Shown here: positions 46,365 through 57,606 of the stretch, piece by piece
How positions within the stretch are numbered: position 1 is the first letter of the stretch
Layout of the letters: every line of letters begins with the position of its first letter
Assembly (NCBI GenBank): GCA_965240325.2
Contig: OZ251230.1
Coordinates: 1,674,001-1,738,000 of the forward strand
Direction: 5' to 3'
DNA length: 64,000 bases
Source: Rebecca billardiae RCC1528
Lineage: Eukaryota > Protista > Haptophyta
Notes under the pieces: generated by a model
Told to the model about the DNA's origin: nothing
The model's database searches: none
Seen by the model: only the letters and a program-made list of their open reading frames with translations
Program-made: the position numbers and the translations under genes

Positions 46365-46861
46365 CTCTGTGCGATGAAGCGGTGGCCGGTAGGCGCCTGC
46401 CGGCCTGTTGTTGAAACGCACCCGCTCGGCTAGTGAGAATGGGCGCAGAAGACGCCGGGAAGCCGAGACATGGAGCGCCGGAACTGGAAGGCCGTTTTTA
46501 CTAATCACTCGGAGGTACCCGGTAGTTACCAGACCAGCCCACCTAGGACGCCGCCGTCGCACAGCCCTCGCCTAAGCTACGCGCCACGCGCACGACCAGA
46601 GCGAAGCTGCCCGCGCGGCGGGCGGCCATTTCTTTTCAAATAATGTTTTCGCTGAGTCAGCGGCCGACCCCCGACGGAGCTTGACGTACTGACTGGGCTG
46701 GGACGGGTGGATTGGACTTGAGGAACGCTGCTGTCCGCTGCCAGTGCAGCGTTGACGATCATCAGTGACATCTGGAGCGGCCTCGTGTTCAGCGCACTGC
46801 CACCTGACGAGCGCCGACCGGAGTGCTAGCTTCGCGCCCGGACCCAGCAGCCTCCCGCCCC

Positions 46862-48322
46862 TCACTCGACCTCTGCGATCACGACGGTCATGTTGTCCGA
46901 GCCGCGGCCGCCGCGGGTCGCGCTGCGCAGGCACGCGTCGAGGAGCGCCGCGCACACGGACGACGTGGGCGCGGCCGCGCCGAGGCGGCGGCGCTCCGCG
47001 CGCACGCGCTCGAGCGCCGCCTGCGTGGACATGCAGTCCCACACGCCGTCACTCGCCAGCAGCAGCAGGTCGCCGCGCGTGAGCCCGCTCGCGGTGCGCA
47101 CCTCCGGGTACGGCACAAGCACCTGCTCGGCCGCAGGCCTCGGCGCGGCCTTGAACTTGAGCGAGCCGATCGCGCGCGAGCACGCGAGCACGCCGGCGAT
47201 CCGGCCGTGGGCGTCGACGGTGGAGTGCGGCGTGTCCGCGAGGAGGATGCGGCGCTTCTCCTCCGCCAGCGTGGGCCGATGCTCCGTCGTGAGCTCCACC
47301 GTCGCCGCCGCCGCCGCTGACGGCTCCGTGCCGTCAGCCGCTGCCTGTCGCTCAAGAACGCCCCGACATGCGCCAGCGTTGGCGACCGCGACCGAAATGT
47401 CGCCCTCGGTGCCGCGGCGCACGACGGCGCACACGGCGGTCGAGCCGCACTCCCACGCGTTCACCGCCGTCGCGTCGCGGATGCGCGCCGCCATGATCGC
47501 CGTGTCGCCCGCTGCCGCCGCCGCCGCCGCCGCCGGTGCCGCCGCCGCGTCCTGCTGCCAGCCACGCACCGCCCCGGCGGCCGCCGCGCACGCGCGCCGA
47601 GCAACGCCCCGCGCGCGCTCGCGGGCGGGTGCGCCTGCGGCGAGGGCGGCGGCAGCGAGCGCCGTTCCGACGAGCGCGCCGCCGACGAGCGCGAGGGCCG
47701 TTCCCAACGTGCCGCCACCCGCCCGAGAGCTCAACGCGCGTCTGGGGGCAAAGGTGAGAGCGATCGCTGCAGCCATCGCGGCCGCTACTGCGCGCTCCGG
47801 CGCTCGCCTCGGCTCGGCCGGTGGCACCGCTGAGCCGGGGGCGGCCGCGGACGCAGCGGCCTGCACGCACGGGAATGCGCCCTCGGGTCGTGAGAGCGCG
47901 TCCGCCTTCGCCGCCTCGCGCAGCCGCGCGCCCTCCGCCAGCGCCGCGTCCATCGCGACAAACGTGGCCTGCAGCGCGTCGTTCACGTCGCCGAGCTCGG
48001 CGGCCGCCGCGCAGTACGCCTGGCGCATGTGCCGCGCGCAAAAGTCTGCGACGTCTGCGCCACCGTGGCCGTCGAGGACCGCAAAGAACGCCTCGTCCCC
48101 CGCCCGCGACACCGTCGCGTCCAGCGCGTCCTCCTGCGCGCGCCGCCAGCCGCGCACGCGGCAGCCGCCGAGCCGCAGCCAGCCATGCGGCGCGACCACG
48201 TCCAGCACACCGGTCTTGCTGCTGTCCAGCTCGTCGGCGTAGAGCGTCGAGACGGCCTCGCTGCGCGCGCCGCTGCCAGGCAGGCGCGCGCTCGACCACA
48301 GCGCCGCGAACGACTTGGACAT
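46862..48322 (-). CDS. PP2C/PPM-family Ser/Thr phosphatase (atypical)
   Basis: GWRRAQEDA, FAVLDGHGG, CGSTAV, EHRP, GRIAGVLACSRAIG, LASDGVWD, DNMTVV motifs in order. Confidence 0.88.
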   Translation of the reverse strand: MSKSFAALWSSARLPGSGARSEAVSTLYADELDSSKTGVLDVVAPHGWLRLGGCRVRGWRRAQEDALDATVSRAGDEAFFAVLDGHGGADVADFCARHMRQAYCAAAAELGDVNDALQATFVAMDAALAEGARLREAAKADALSRPEGAFPCVQAAASAAAPGSAVPPAEPRRAPERAVAAAMAAAIALTFAPRRALSSRAGGGTLGTALALVGGALVGTALAAAALAAGAPARERARGVARRACAAAAGAVRGWQQDAAAAPAAAAAAAAGDTAIMAARIRDATAVNAWECGSTAVCAVVRRGTEGDISVAVANAGACRGVLERQAAADGTEPSAAAAATVELTTEHRPTLAEEKRRILLADTPHSTVDAHGRIAGVLACSRAIGSLKFKAAPRPAAEQVLVPYPEVRTASGLTRGDLLLLASDGVWDCMSTQAALERVRAERRRLGAAAPTSSVCAALLDACLRSATRGGRGSDNMTVVIAEVE

Positions 48323-51103
48323 CAGGGCGACCGTCCAGTAGTGTTTTGGCGGGCAACAATGCCGTGTCGCTCCGGCCTCCGAGCGAACGGGTGGCCCGGC
48401 GCATTTTGCGCGACGATTGAAGACTCTGCGCACCGGCGGGGCGGGTGCCGAGTCCGGGACTGCCGTCAACTTCAGGCTTCAGTTGGGAACTTGGGATGCG
48501 GATCATCCGCCCCTGTGCATGCATGACACGCTGTGGCCCAACGCACCACTCCACGGATGCCCGTGCACGCGCTGATACGGCGGGGTGGTGCACCAGCAGG
48601 GAGAGCCTAGAACGGGTTCGCCTGCGTTCCCACAGATCTGCTCTCCACTTCCGGCGCCGCCGCGCAGCGGCCTATTCGGAGTGCCCCGGTCAGCCACCGC
48701 CATGCGGCGGGACGGTAATGAAGCATCATGCATTTCAGACATGCAATCCGTGGCGGCAATCTCAACACAGGCATGCGGCTGTACGACACGCACGCCGGGC
48801 GACGGAAGTAGAGACCAGCAGGCCAACGACCTTTCTAGGCTCTTTCCTATGGTGCACCACCCAGCCCGGTACAGGCCGGCGCCAGTGCGCAGCCGATCAG
48901 ACCGGGCCGCAGCCGTCGGTCGCATGTGCCCGCCCGAAGAAGTGACATCTTTCCATGACTCGGTGTGTCATCGCCACTCTGCCTGTCAGCCGGCGTGGTG
49001 CCGCGGCGACCTGAGCCGGCTCCGAGGCTCAAACGCGCCCAGGGAATGGGATCGGCCATGACACATAAGGACCTGCCAGGCCTCGACACTCACACGTCGT
49101 TGTTGTTGGAGGCCGGAAGGGTGGACTGGACGTTACAGAAAAGAATACGAAGGAATCAGGAGTGAAAGGGGCACCCGTGGCGTTTCACGCATATGCTTTT
49201 CATTACGACTGGTCATCATTCAAAACGACATCCGCGATTCCGCGGTTTCCGTAATGTTGTCGGCCCGCCTCGGCGAGCGACCAACTTCTACGCCCCGTCA
49301 AACATTATTATCCCCGAAGCACACGATCTACCACACCCACACCCTAATTCTAATTCTACTACCCGATTGGTCACAATTTTACCGCGAATCCGCGCCAAAA
49401 TCCAAGTTCTACTCCGGCAGACGAAATCCGAAAGTGCGTACGCGGGTAAGCCCCTCACGATGATAGGACGGTCACCTGTGGAACGTTTTAACCGCAGATG
49501 ATGTACAGATTAGCTTCCAAATAGCTTGGTTAAAAACGTCCTTACCGAGGCTACGGCGCAAGGACCAGAGATGGTCCTTTGCTACGGCAGACTTACACGA
49601 TGATTAATCAGGGGCCTTAATCAGCTACCTGCTCAATTGGCGAACAGTTCATCTGCTCGGAGATTTCATATGCACCCGCAACGGTAGGCGCGTTTCTCCA
49701 AGATTCTAGATCCAAGAACCCGACTGAGACGACGAGCGAACCCCGGCCAGCCTTTCCCAGTTTGGGCGAGATGCGTCCCGTCTCCGCTCCTGCGCGCTCG
49801 TCGTCGAGCACCGAGGTGAGCTTCGCGGGGTGAAGCCCGCGCCGCGATGCGCCCAAGCTCCAACTGCCCGCCTCACCACTCACTCTGGTTCCTCCCCCCT
49901 CCCCTGGCCCCGCCCTCCCCATCGCAGTCATCGAACCTTGCGACGGCCATCTGCAAGCGCCGCCGAGTTGCGCACGATGATGTGGCCAAGGCGCAGCCAT
50001 CTCCGATACCCGCTGCTGCGGGGCAGCTGGCGGGTAGACGCGTCTGGCGTGGCGATCTGGCGAGCGCACCTGGCTCTGGGCCCACCTCTCGGTCCACTGG
50101 CGGCGCGCTGTCCTGGACTGACTCGCACAGCTCGGACAGCCCCACGTCAGAGGCGGATGCCGCCTTGCTGATCGATGCCACCCTCCGCGAGCACTGCGTT
50201 GGCTTGGCCGCGCATATCGTCTTCTTCTCGATGGTCCCTTCACCGTCCACAGCACACGTCGCGCTCATCAACGCGCTCGGCGCTGAGCTCGCATGCGCAT
50301 CGGATCTGCTCACGCGCCGGCTAATGGAGCGACGGCGCTCGGCTGCGAGTGGGGCCGTGCACACGGCGCCCGTCACAGCTGTCAGGGCGATGTGCCCACG
50401 CTTTCCGCAGCCCACTCTGGCAAGTGTGCCCCCCGTGATCGATGCGCCCTAGGACAACTCTCGTTATGGATACCGCTGTGTCATCGTCGCCGACGCGGCT
50501 GAGCGCGGGCGCAGCGGCGCCGGCTCGGGCGGCAGCCGCTACTCCGGGGCGGCTGCGACCACGGGCGTGGCGCGGCGGCCGTGGACATCACAGATCGCTC
50601 GCCCTCAGGCCACCGCCGACTCAGTTGTACGGAGTCCGCAGCGCTCGGAGTATAGCGCATATTGGTAGCCGCACAATATAGGCTGACGACGAGTGACGGC
50701 GCCGCACTAGTCAGTATAACTAGTATCGTCAGACTGAGCAGTCACTCTGATATTGTGAAGTCAGACGAGCCGGCGAATAATGCGATGTCAAACTCAAAGA
50801 CAAAGACAGACCGGGTACCGTACGGATTCGCGCATCATGTCCGCGGGTGCCGACCATCGTCTGACTGCTTAGTGCGCCAGCTGACTGAGTCAATGACGAT
50901 GAATGACGACACCGTGTCCGACTGACTGAGACTGACTCACTGACTACTGAGTACTGTCGTCACTGAGTACTGAGCGGTAGACGGGTACGCGGGGTGAGTT
51001 AGAGCCGAGGCCCCGAGCGCCGACTCGACTGATCAGTCGTCATCAGTCAAGTCCGCGGCCGGGGCCGAGGCTGCGCGGAGCCGGTGCGCCCAGCACCACC
51101 GGC

Positions 51104-52597
51104 TCAGTCAAGTCGCCGGGGCCGAGGCTGAGCCGGTGGTGCTGGGCGCGCCGTGCTCCCCGACTGCTCGGTAACGTTGCAGCGCATCACGTGCTCATAG
51201 TCGTCCGGCACGCGGCGCCGACGGTCGTCGTCGTGCACGAAGTACACCTCGCCGCCTCGGCCTAGGGCCGTCGGCGAGCGTGCCTCCGGCGCCGGCTGCG
51301 CGCACGTGCACGGCCGCGGCTCTGAGCCGGGCGCGCCCGGCGCGAGTGCGCCCAAGCTGTCAGGCAGGCACGCTCCGAGGTGGCGCTCGCCGTACACGCA
51401 GCCCCCGCGCGTGTGCACCACTTCTGTGACGCCATACCCCTGGACCGAAGAGAGCTGCACGCTGTCGTACCCGCGCGCGAGTGCGTTCAGCGCGATCGCG
51501 CCGTCCAAAGCCGGCAGCAGCATCACGCGCCCGCGCCCCGCGCCTCGCAGCCGACCGAGCGCACCGCGCACCGCAGCCGAGCGATTGCACAGCTCTGCAC
51601 CCGCTGTCTCCCACAGGTCCCGCCGCGCGCGCATGGTCGGATCGAACGCGGCTGTGGTGCCGAGCGAGACGACGGGGTGCGAGCTGAGCTCACGCGCTGG
51701 CGGCACCCACGCGCAGAAGTGCGTCAGCCGCCCTGGGTGCAGGCTTCCGGCCGGCATGAGCGGCAGCAGGGGCTCGCCGTCCGCGCTGACGCCCGATGCC
51801 ACCATGTTCAGCTGATGCTGCGCCAAGTCGCGCTCGATCGCGAGCGTGCGGCCGAGCGGTACGCGCACGCCCGTGCCCACGGCCACGAAGCTCCAGCAGC
51901 CGTACCCGACACCCTCCGGGTAGAGTAGCGGCCACTCGTGCTCCACCTCCACCAGGCCCGACCGCGTGGCTTCGTCTGCGCCATGCGCGCGAGCCGAGCC
52001 AAACGCGCGGCGCGCGCCCCACTCGCCCGCCTGCACCGCCTGGCCCTCCTCCTCGCGTGCGCGGATGACGCGCACGCCCGCTGCGCCGGGCCATTCGAGC
52101 CGGCGGCCGGTCTTGTCGACTCGATAGCGGTAGGTATAAATGCTCCGCGACGGCCGGCCCTTGGCGACCGTCGGGGCGTTGAAGAAGAGGCGGTGAGAGC
52201 ACAGCAGACCGGATGTCTCGGCACCCCTGGCGATGGCCGGCCGCTCATGCGCCGCAGCGCCGCTCGCGTTCACGGTGAGCGAGTGGAAGGCGGTGAGCCG
52301 ACGGACGGATATGCGCCCCACTGCGTCAGCGCCGTACAGCTCCGCCACATACTCGCGCCACGGCTCCCACGCCGCTGCGGCGCTCGACGCATCTGGCAGG
52401 GAGGCGCGGAAGGCGATGGCGACCGCGCAGCTCGGAAGCACCCACTGAAAGCCCGCGCGCGAGGCGAGGCCGCTCGCGTGCAGCCGCGCCCCGGGGTACC
52501 ACGCGCGCACGGGTGGGGGGGCGCCTGGCTTGGGCGTTTGTGGCACCAGCCTGGCTTGGGTTGGTGCCACAAACGCCAGCCACGCGATGGCCGCCAT
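51104..52597 (-). CDS. Hypothetical secreted protein (497 aa)
   Basis: Long ATG-initiated ORF, hydrophobic N-terminus, non-repetitive globular-looking sequence (EGVGYGCWSFVAVGTGV, ARGYDSVQL). No family recognised. Confidence 0.65.
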   Translation of the reverse strand: MAAIAWLAFVAPTQARLVPQTPKPGAPPPVRAWYPGARLHASGLASRAGFQWVLPSCAVAIAFRASLPDASSAAAAWEPWREYVAELYGADAVGRISVRRLTAFHSLTVNASGAAAHERPAIARGAETSGLLCSHRLFFNAPTVAKGRPSRSIYTYRYRVDKTGRRLEWPGAAGVRVIRAREEEGQAVQAGEWGARRAFGSARAHGADEATRSGLVEVEHEWPLLYPEGVGYGCWSFVAVGTGVRVPLGRTLAIERDLAQHQLNMVASGVSADGEPLLPLMPAGSLHPGRLTHFCAWVPPARELSSHPVVSLGTTAAFDPTMRARRDLWETAGAELCNRSAAVRGALGRLRGAGRGRVMLLPALDGAIALNALARGYDSVQLSSVQGYGVTEVVHTRGGCVYGERHLGACLPDSLGALAPGAPGSEPRPCTCAQPAPEARSPTALGRGGEVYFVHDDDRRRRVPDDYEHVMRCNVTEQSGSTARPAPPAQPRPRRLD

Positions 52598-52626
52598 CGT
52601 GTCGACCTCGGCGGCCGTAGCCGGTA

Positions 52627-53410
52627 CAGGCTGGGCTCAGCAAGAGTTTCCCGAGCGCCGGCGAGGCCGCGCTCGCGGCGGCGGACGATGACGCGAAAAC
52701 CGCCGAGTACGATCGCGTGCAACGCGAGCCTAGTCCCCGGCAAAATTGTCCACGGAGCCGCGCGCGTCGCTCACCACGTGCCCGGCGCTCCGCCGCGGAG
52801 GCGCCGTCACAGTGGTTTTCACGCTGGACCGAGCAGTCTGAAGTGGCGCTGAACTGAGGTTTCGTCGGTCCGGTCAGCCACTTTCGCAGTTCAGAGGCCG
52901 GCAAGGACGCGGTTGCCTGGGTGCCCGCCATAAGGGCTTGACGACCTCGTCTGCGCGGAGGCTAGATGCGGCGCGCATGATGCCGACTGCGCCTGACGAT
53001 GATGCCCCACGTCTTGCGCATATGCTGGGGTAGCCTCCAAAGTCACTTGCTGGTGCCTCGTCGCTCAAACTCTTCACCCGCGTGCACTTTGAACTCAACC
53101 GAACAGCTCCGCGTTAATTGGTGGATCCCACGAGGGGGTTGGGGACGGGAGGGGTGTGTTGTAGTGGGGTCATACGCACGGACAGTCAGGTAATGGACAC
53201 CAATGGTCGCGAAAGTTGCTGCATACAATTTATCCTGGGTGGTGCAGGTGTGTATCTCGCGATCCACGGACGTGCTCGGGGGTTGGTGCCCATCGTTGGA
53301 AAGCTCTCGACGAGGCCGATTTTATGGTGTAATCGGCGATTTTTCGCGCCCGCCATGGGATCCACCAAATTGGGATTTATCCTCGGGAAACTCTTGCTGA
53401 GCCCAGCCTG
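52627..53410. mobile_element. 784-bp MITE / non-autonomous Tc1-mariner element
   Basis: Perfect 29-bp TIRs CAGGCTGGGCTCAGCAAGAGTTTCCCGAG (52627..52655 / 53382..53410), TA on both flanks. Confidence 0.9.
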
Positions 53411-53482
53411 TAGGGCGCAGGTCCGTCGGGTATGTACGTACCCGGGTACATAGTAAACTGTAATCCATGGCGGTCGAAGGCA

Positions 53483-53818
53483 ATGGGATCTCACCCATCG
53501 AGGAGCGTCCGCAACAGCCCACCGCCGCAAGGTGCGACAGCGGCCACAAAACCCATCGCCGAGCCAAGGGCATTGGCCGAGCTTCCTTCCCAGATCTCGC
53601 ATGCTGAGCTCAGGGAACATTCGACAGCCGACGATTGCTGGCTGGTCGTCCACGGCAAGGTCGTCGACGTCTCGACGTTTGCCGTGACTCACCCAGGTGG
53701 CCAGGCGCTGCTGACGCAATATGGTGGACAAGATGCTAGCGAAGCCTTCGACGCGATCGGGCACTCACGTAACGCGCGCAGGCAGATTGCACAGCTGCAA
53801 GTTGGCGTGCTCGCATAG
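53483..53818 (+). CDS. Soluble cytochrome b5-like heme-binding protein
   Basis: ELREHSTADDCWLVVHGKVVDVSTF..HPGG..L..YGGQDASEAFDAIGHS; both heme-ligand His present; no C-terminal anchor. Confidence 0.88.
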   Translation: MGSHPSRSVRNSPPPQGATAATKPIAEPRALAELPSQISHAELREHSTADDCWLVVHGKVVDVSTFAVTHPGGQALLTQYGGQDASEAFDAIGHSRNARRQIAQLQVGVLA

Positions 53819-54746
53819 CCCCGCGTTTTTGCAGGACGGTTCAAATCATTGACGGGGTGCTGCCGACTAGCAATGATGACGATAGCAGTAATCTCAGCCG
53901 CCTGGCGCCAGGCCCAGGCGGCCCCAGGCTAAACGGAAACCGAGTGAACGCCGGCAACCGCCGCGCCTGAAACGGCGCACCCGGACAGCGGCAGCCCAGC
54001 AGCAATACTTTACTTATTGAAACTTATACTCTCTTTATCTCTAATAAACCGTACTAGAGACCGTTAGTGCCGTTACACTCCGAGTTACCGGACCTCGGAC
54101 CTGCAGGTGCAGCGCGCCAGTCAACTGAAGTCTGAATCTGGCGGAAACGGTACGTCGGAGGCCGCGCCCGCGCCTGACGTACTCCGACTCATCAGTAGTT
54201 ATAGCACTGAGCCGTAGCCACTGATCTCACTCACTCATCTGATCTGCGGGCGGGCGTAGTCTTATCGGTCGTCATGCATCCGCTTCCGCATCACAGTGAG
54301 CACAGTCGTCTAGGATCAGTACTCAGTAGAGTGTCGCAGACCGCGAGTGACTGATGATGCCGGATACTTCAACGCGAGTAGAATTTCGACTTCGATGAGT
54401 TCGTCCGCCTGAAGGCACTCCTGCAGTTTCACGTGACGTGCCGATCGGATCGGACTCCGCTGCGGACAGTGCCGGTTGCCCATCAGTGAGTGGTGACGAC
54501 GCGACGGTACGGACAGTACTGTAGACAGTTCACAGTAGGACTTCAGTACTCGGGCCCGGTTCATCGTCCGTATAATGAGACAGCACTCAGCTGAGCAGTA
54601 AAGTCCATCCTTAAGTCGTTCAGCTTCAGCGGTTCCGAGCCCGGTCACCTCCTCACTCCTGTGAGTGTGACGCTGTGTACGTCAGCGTGATGACCTCGGA
54701 CCGCTGATCATCATTCATCATCAATCATCATCACCCCTGAGGCTCG

Positions 54747-57371
54747 TCATGGCATGGCAGCTGCAGGCGGGCCCGAGCGGGCGACAGCGCGCAGCGCGGC
54801 GGCAGGCGCCATCGACGACGAAGCGTGCGACCCATCCGCGCTCGCGACAGGCGAGGGCTCGCCGCTCTGCGAGCCGGCAGTGCGCATGCGATCCTGCGTA
54901 TGCGGCGCGGCAGCAGTGCCGGGCAAGGCGCGCGGGTACAGAGAGCGAGCGAGGCGCCGTTGTGGGCGGGTCGCGCCTCGATCAGATGCGCGTCGGGCCG
55001 CCGTGCACCGAGCGCGCGGGCCGCGCGGGCGCCACCCTGCAGCCTGGGCGCACCACGTACCTTGATCCCCTGCAGCTCCTGCCGGACCTGCTGCTGGCGC
55101 GCGGCGCTGGAGGAGAGGCCGCTCTGTGAGCCTGCGGAGCCGGAGTGCGTGAGCGTGCGCGGCTGCGGCTGCGGCTGAGCGCCGCCACCGGCAGCCTCGG
55201 CCGCCCCGCCCGAATGCCACGGCGCGGGCTCGTGCCCCTGCGAGGACGCAGAGGGCGGGGTGGGCGCCGACCCAGCCGCGAGCCCGCAGGAACCCGCCGA
55301 CGCGCCGTGCCTCGCGCCGGCACCACCTGCGGCCACCCGGCGCCGGGCGGGCAGTCCGGGCGTGGGGCGGGCGGGACGGGTGTGCGGGCGCGCACGCGCG
55401 TGAGCACGCGGCGAGCGCGCTTGGGGAGAGAGCTCGCGCGAGCCCGAGCGCACGCGCACCGGTGAGCGCCGCGTACGGCGAGGCGAAGTCGGGGGCGGCA
55501 GCGGCGGCGGCTCGAGCGCGGGAGCCGTGCGCGGGCGGCGCGCCAGCCGTGACGGGCGAGAGAGTGGAGGCGGCGGGCGGGGCGGGCGGAGCGAACGCAG
55601 GCAGTCGCGTGACGATCGGCGGTGGGCGCGCGTCGAGTCGACCGCTGCCGTACGGCGGCACGCTGCCGTACGGCGGCACGCTGCCGCCGCTGCCGAACAA
55701 AGGCTGCGACGCCGGGATCGCCGCAGCCAGCGCGGCGCGCGCCGCGGCCTCGCCCGCGCGCGTCGCCTCCTCCGCGGCCGCGCGCTCCGCGCGTCGCTCG
55801 GCCAACTTCCTTAGCTTCTTCTTGAGCGCGGCGCACTCGCGGCGCTCGGCGGCGAAGGCCTGCTTCGCCGCCTCCGCCTCACGCTCAGCCTTGCGCAGCG
55901 CGCGCGCCAGCCTCTCCGCCGCCTTGCTCGCTTCCGCCGCCTCGCGCCGCGCAGCCTCCGACTCAGCACCCGAGCGCGCCGCCGCGGCGCGCGCGTCGGC
56001 CAGCGAGTCCGAGCGCTCGCGCTCCGCGGTGCGTGCGGCGTCGAGGTCGGCGCTGAGCGTGCGCTGCCGCTCCTCGGCGAGGCGCGCGCGCTCCTCCGCC
56101 TCGCGCGCGCCACGGCTCGCGTGCCCCGTCGCCAGCACGCCCTCCACGGCGCCGCCGTCGCTCAAGTCGCCGCCGTCGTCCCCGTCGCCCCGATCGCCAT
56201 TCCCATCGGCGCCAAGACCGCGCGCGCCGCGCGCGCGCGCGATCGCAGCGGCGCGGTCGCGCCGCGCGGAGGCGGCGGCCTCGTGCTTGGCGGCCGTGAC
56301 CGCCTCGGCCTGCCTCGCGTCCGCCTCCGCCAGCTGCGCCAGCAGCTTGCCGTTCGACACGCGCAGGCCCTCCGCCAGTGCCACCGCTTCGTCTGCGCGC
56401 GTCTCCGCCGCCGCGCGCGCGCGCTCGGCGGCGCGCGCCGATTCGGCGACGCGCAGCTCGGCGGCCGACGAGGCGGCGGCGAGCTTGTGCGAGGCGCCGT
56501 CCGCCTCGTCGCGCAGTCGGCGCAGGTCCGCCTCCGCCTGCATGTACTGCGCGTGCAGCCGCTCCTGCGCACCGATCGCCGAGTCCAGCTCGGCGCCGAG
56601 GTGCGTGACGCGTCGCGAGAGGGAGTCCTTCTCCGCGCGGAGGATGTGCGCGGCCGCGCGCTCCTCCTGCGCCGCGGCGGCGGCGGCGCGCACGCGGGCC
56701 TCGGCGTCGGAGGTGGACGCGTCGAGCTCGGCGCGCAGCGCCTCGTTCTCCTCCGACAGCTTGTCGCAGCGCAGCGAGAGCTCGAGGCGCTCGCGCTGGA
56801 GCGCGCGCAGCCGATCACCGCCGAGCACGCCTGCCGAGCCGTCGCCGTCGGCTGCGCTGCGGAGGTGGTCGAGCTGCGCGCGGAGGTCGTGGATCTCGGA
56901 CTCGAGACGCAGCTGCTTCTCCCCCGAGCGCGCGCCGTGCTCCGCCGCCTGCGCCTCCAGCTCGGCCTGCGTGCGCTTGGTCTCGCGCTGCGCTTCGAAC
57001 ACGGCCTCGCGCGTCGCGTCGAGCTCAGCCTCGAGGGCACCGGCGCGAGAGGCCCACGCGGCCTCGACCTCTGTGCGCATGGCCTCGACCTCCTCGATCG
57101 GCATGCTGTGCGCGCGAATCGCCTCGATCTCGGCCCCGCGTGCCTCGATCTCCTCGGCCGCATCGCGCCTGAACGCAGCGAGCTCAGCCTCGGCGGCGGC
57201 GCGCGTCGCGGCGTCAGCGGCCGCCTGCTCGCGGGCGGCGGTGAGCTCTTCGCTGAGGGTCACCGTTTCGGCCTTGAGCGCTTCGAAGTTGTCCCGGAAC
57301 TCGTTGCGCTGCCGACGCGCCGCATCGAGCTCGAAGAGCAGCTGGTCGGGCTGCTGCGCGGCGGACGCCAT
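54747..57371 (-). CDS. CEP83: CEP83/CCDC41-like centriolar coiled-coil protein (introns ~55459..55327 and ~55060..54894)
   Basis: Colinear resemblance to CEP83 as recalled (NFEALKAE~NYQTLKAE, LESEI~YESEI, LRAEKDS~LEAEKQS, VTAAKHE~VQAAKEE). GT-AG splicing links the three reading frames. Coiled-coil similarity is error-prone. Confidence 0.6.
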   Translation of the reverse strand: MASAAQQPDQLLFELDAARRQRNEFRDNFEALKAETVTLSEELTAAREQAAADAATRAAAEAELAAFRRDAAEEIEARGAEIEAIRAHSMPIEEVEAMRTEVEAAWASRAGALEAELDATREAVFEAQRETKRTQAELEAQAAEHGARSGEKQLRLESEIHDLRAQLDHLRSAADGDGSAGVLGGDRLRALQRERLELSLRCDKLSEENEALRAELDASTSDAEARVRAAAAAAQEERAAAHILRAEKDSLSRRVTHLGAELDSAIGAQERLHAQYMQAEADLRRLRDEADGASHKLAAASSAAELRVAESARAAERARAAAETRADEAVALAEGLRVSNGKLLAQLAEADARQAEAVTAAKHEAAASARRDRAAAIARARGARGLGADGNGDRGDGDDGGDLSDGGAVEGVLATGHASRGAREAEERARLAEERQRTLSADLDAARTAERERSDSLADARAAAARSGAESEAARREAAEASKAAERLARALRKAEREAEAAKQAFAAERRECAALKKKLRKLAERRAERAAAEEATRAGEAAARAALAAAIPASQPLFGSGGSVPPYGSVPPYGSGRLDARPPPIVTRLPAFAPPAPPAASTLSPVTAGAPPAHGSRARAAAAAAPDFASPYAALTGARALGLARALSPSALAACSRACAPAHPSRPPHARTARPAPGGRRWCRREARRVGGFLRARGWVGAHPALCVLAGARARAVAFGRGGRGCRWRRSAAAAAAHAHALRLRRLTERPLLQRRAPAAGPAGAAGDQGTWCAQAAGWRPRGPRARCTAARRASDRGATRPQRRLARSLYPRALPGTAAAPHTQDRMRTAGSQSGEPSPVASADGSHASSSMAPAAALRAVARSGPPAAAMP

Positions 57372-57606
57372 GATGGCGTTCAAACGGGCGTCTGCCACAC
57401 CAAGGGGAGTCACACTGCCCACGCCGTCCGGGCAAAGAAATAGAGGGGGGTGGTCCGGGCGACGACGCAGGACCAAGGGCGCGAGCAGGACTTTGCTTGC
57501 GCTGCGCCGGGTGGCTCTTGATCAGTGGCGCGCTTCAGCCCACCCAGCGCGCCCTGCCACCGGCCAAAGCCCATCCATCGAGCGCTCCGCCTTCCCGCAC
57601 GAAGAC

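Noticed and set aside
49331-49360. Telomere-like ACCCTAA
   Set aside because: A single unit, not an array.
49847-50452. 201-aa plus-strand ORF
   Set aside because: Non-ATG start, no recognisable domain, and competing ORFs of similar length; cannot be supported.
1-57371. Gamma-tubulin and CEP83-like genes as a centrosomal cluster
   Set aside because: About 55 kb apart with unrelated genes between; likely coincidence.
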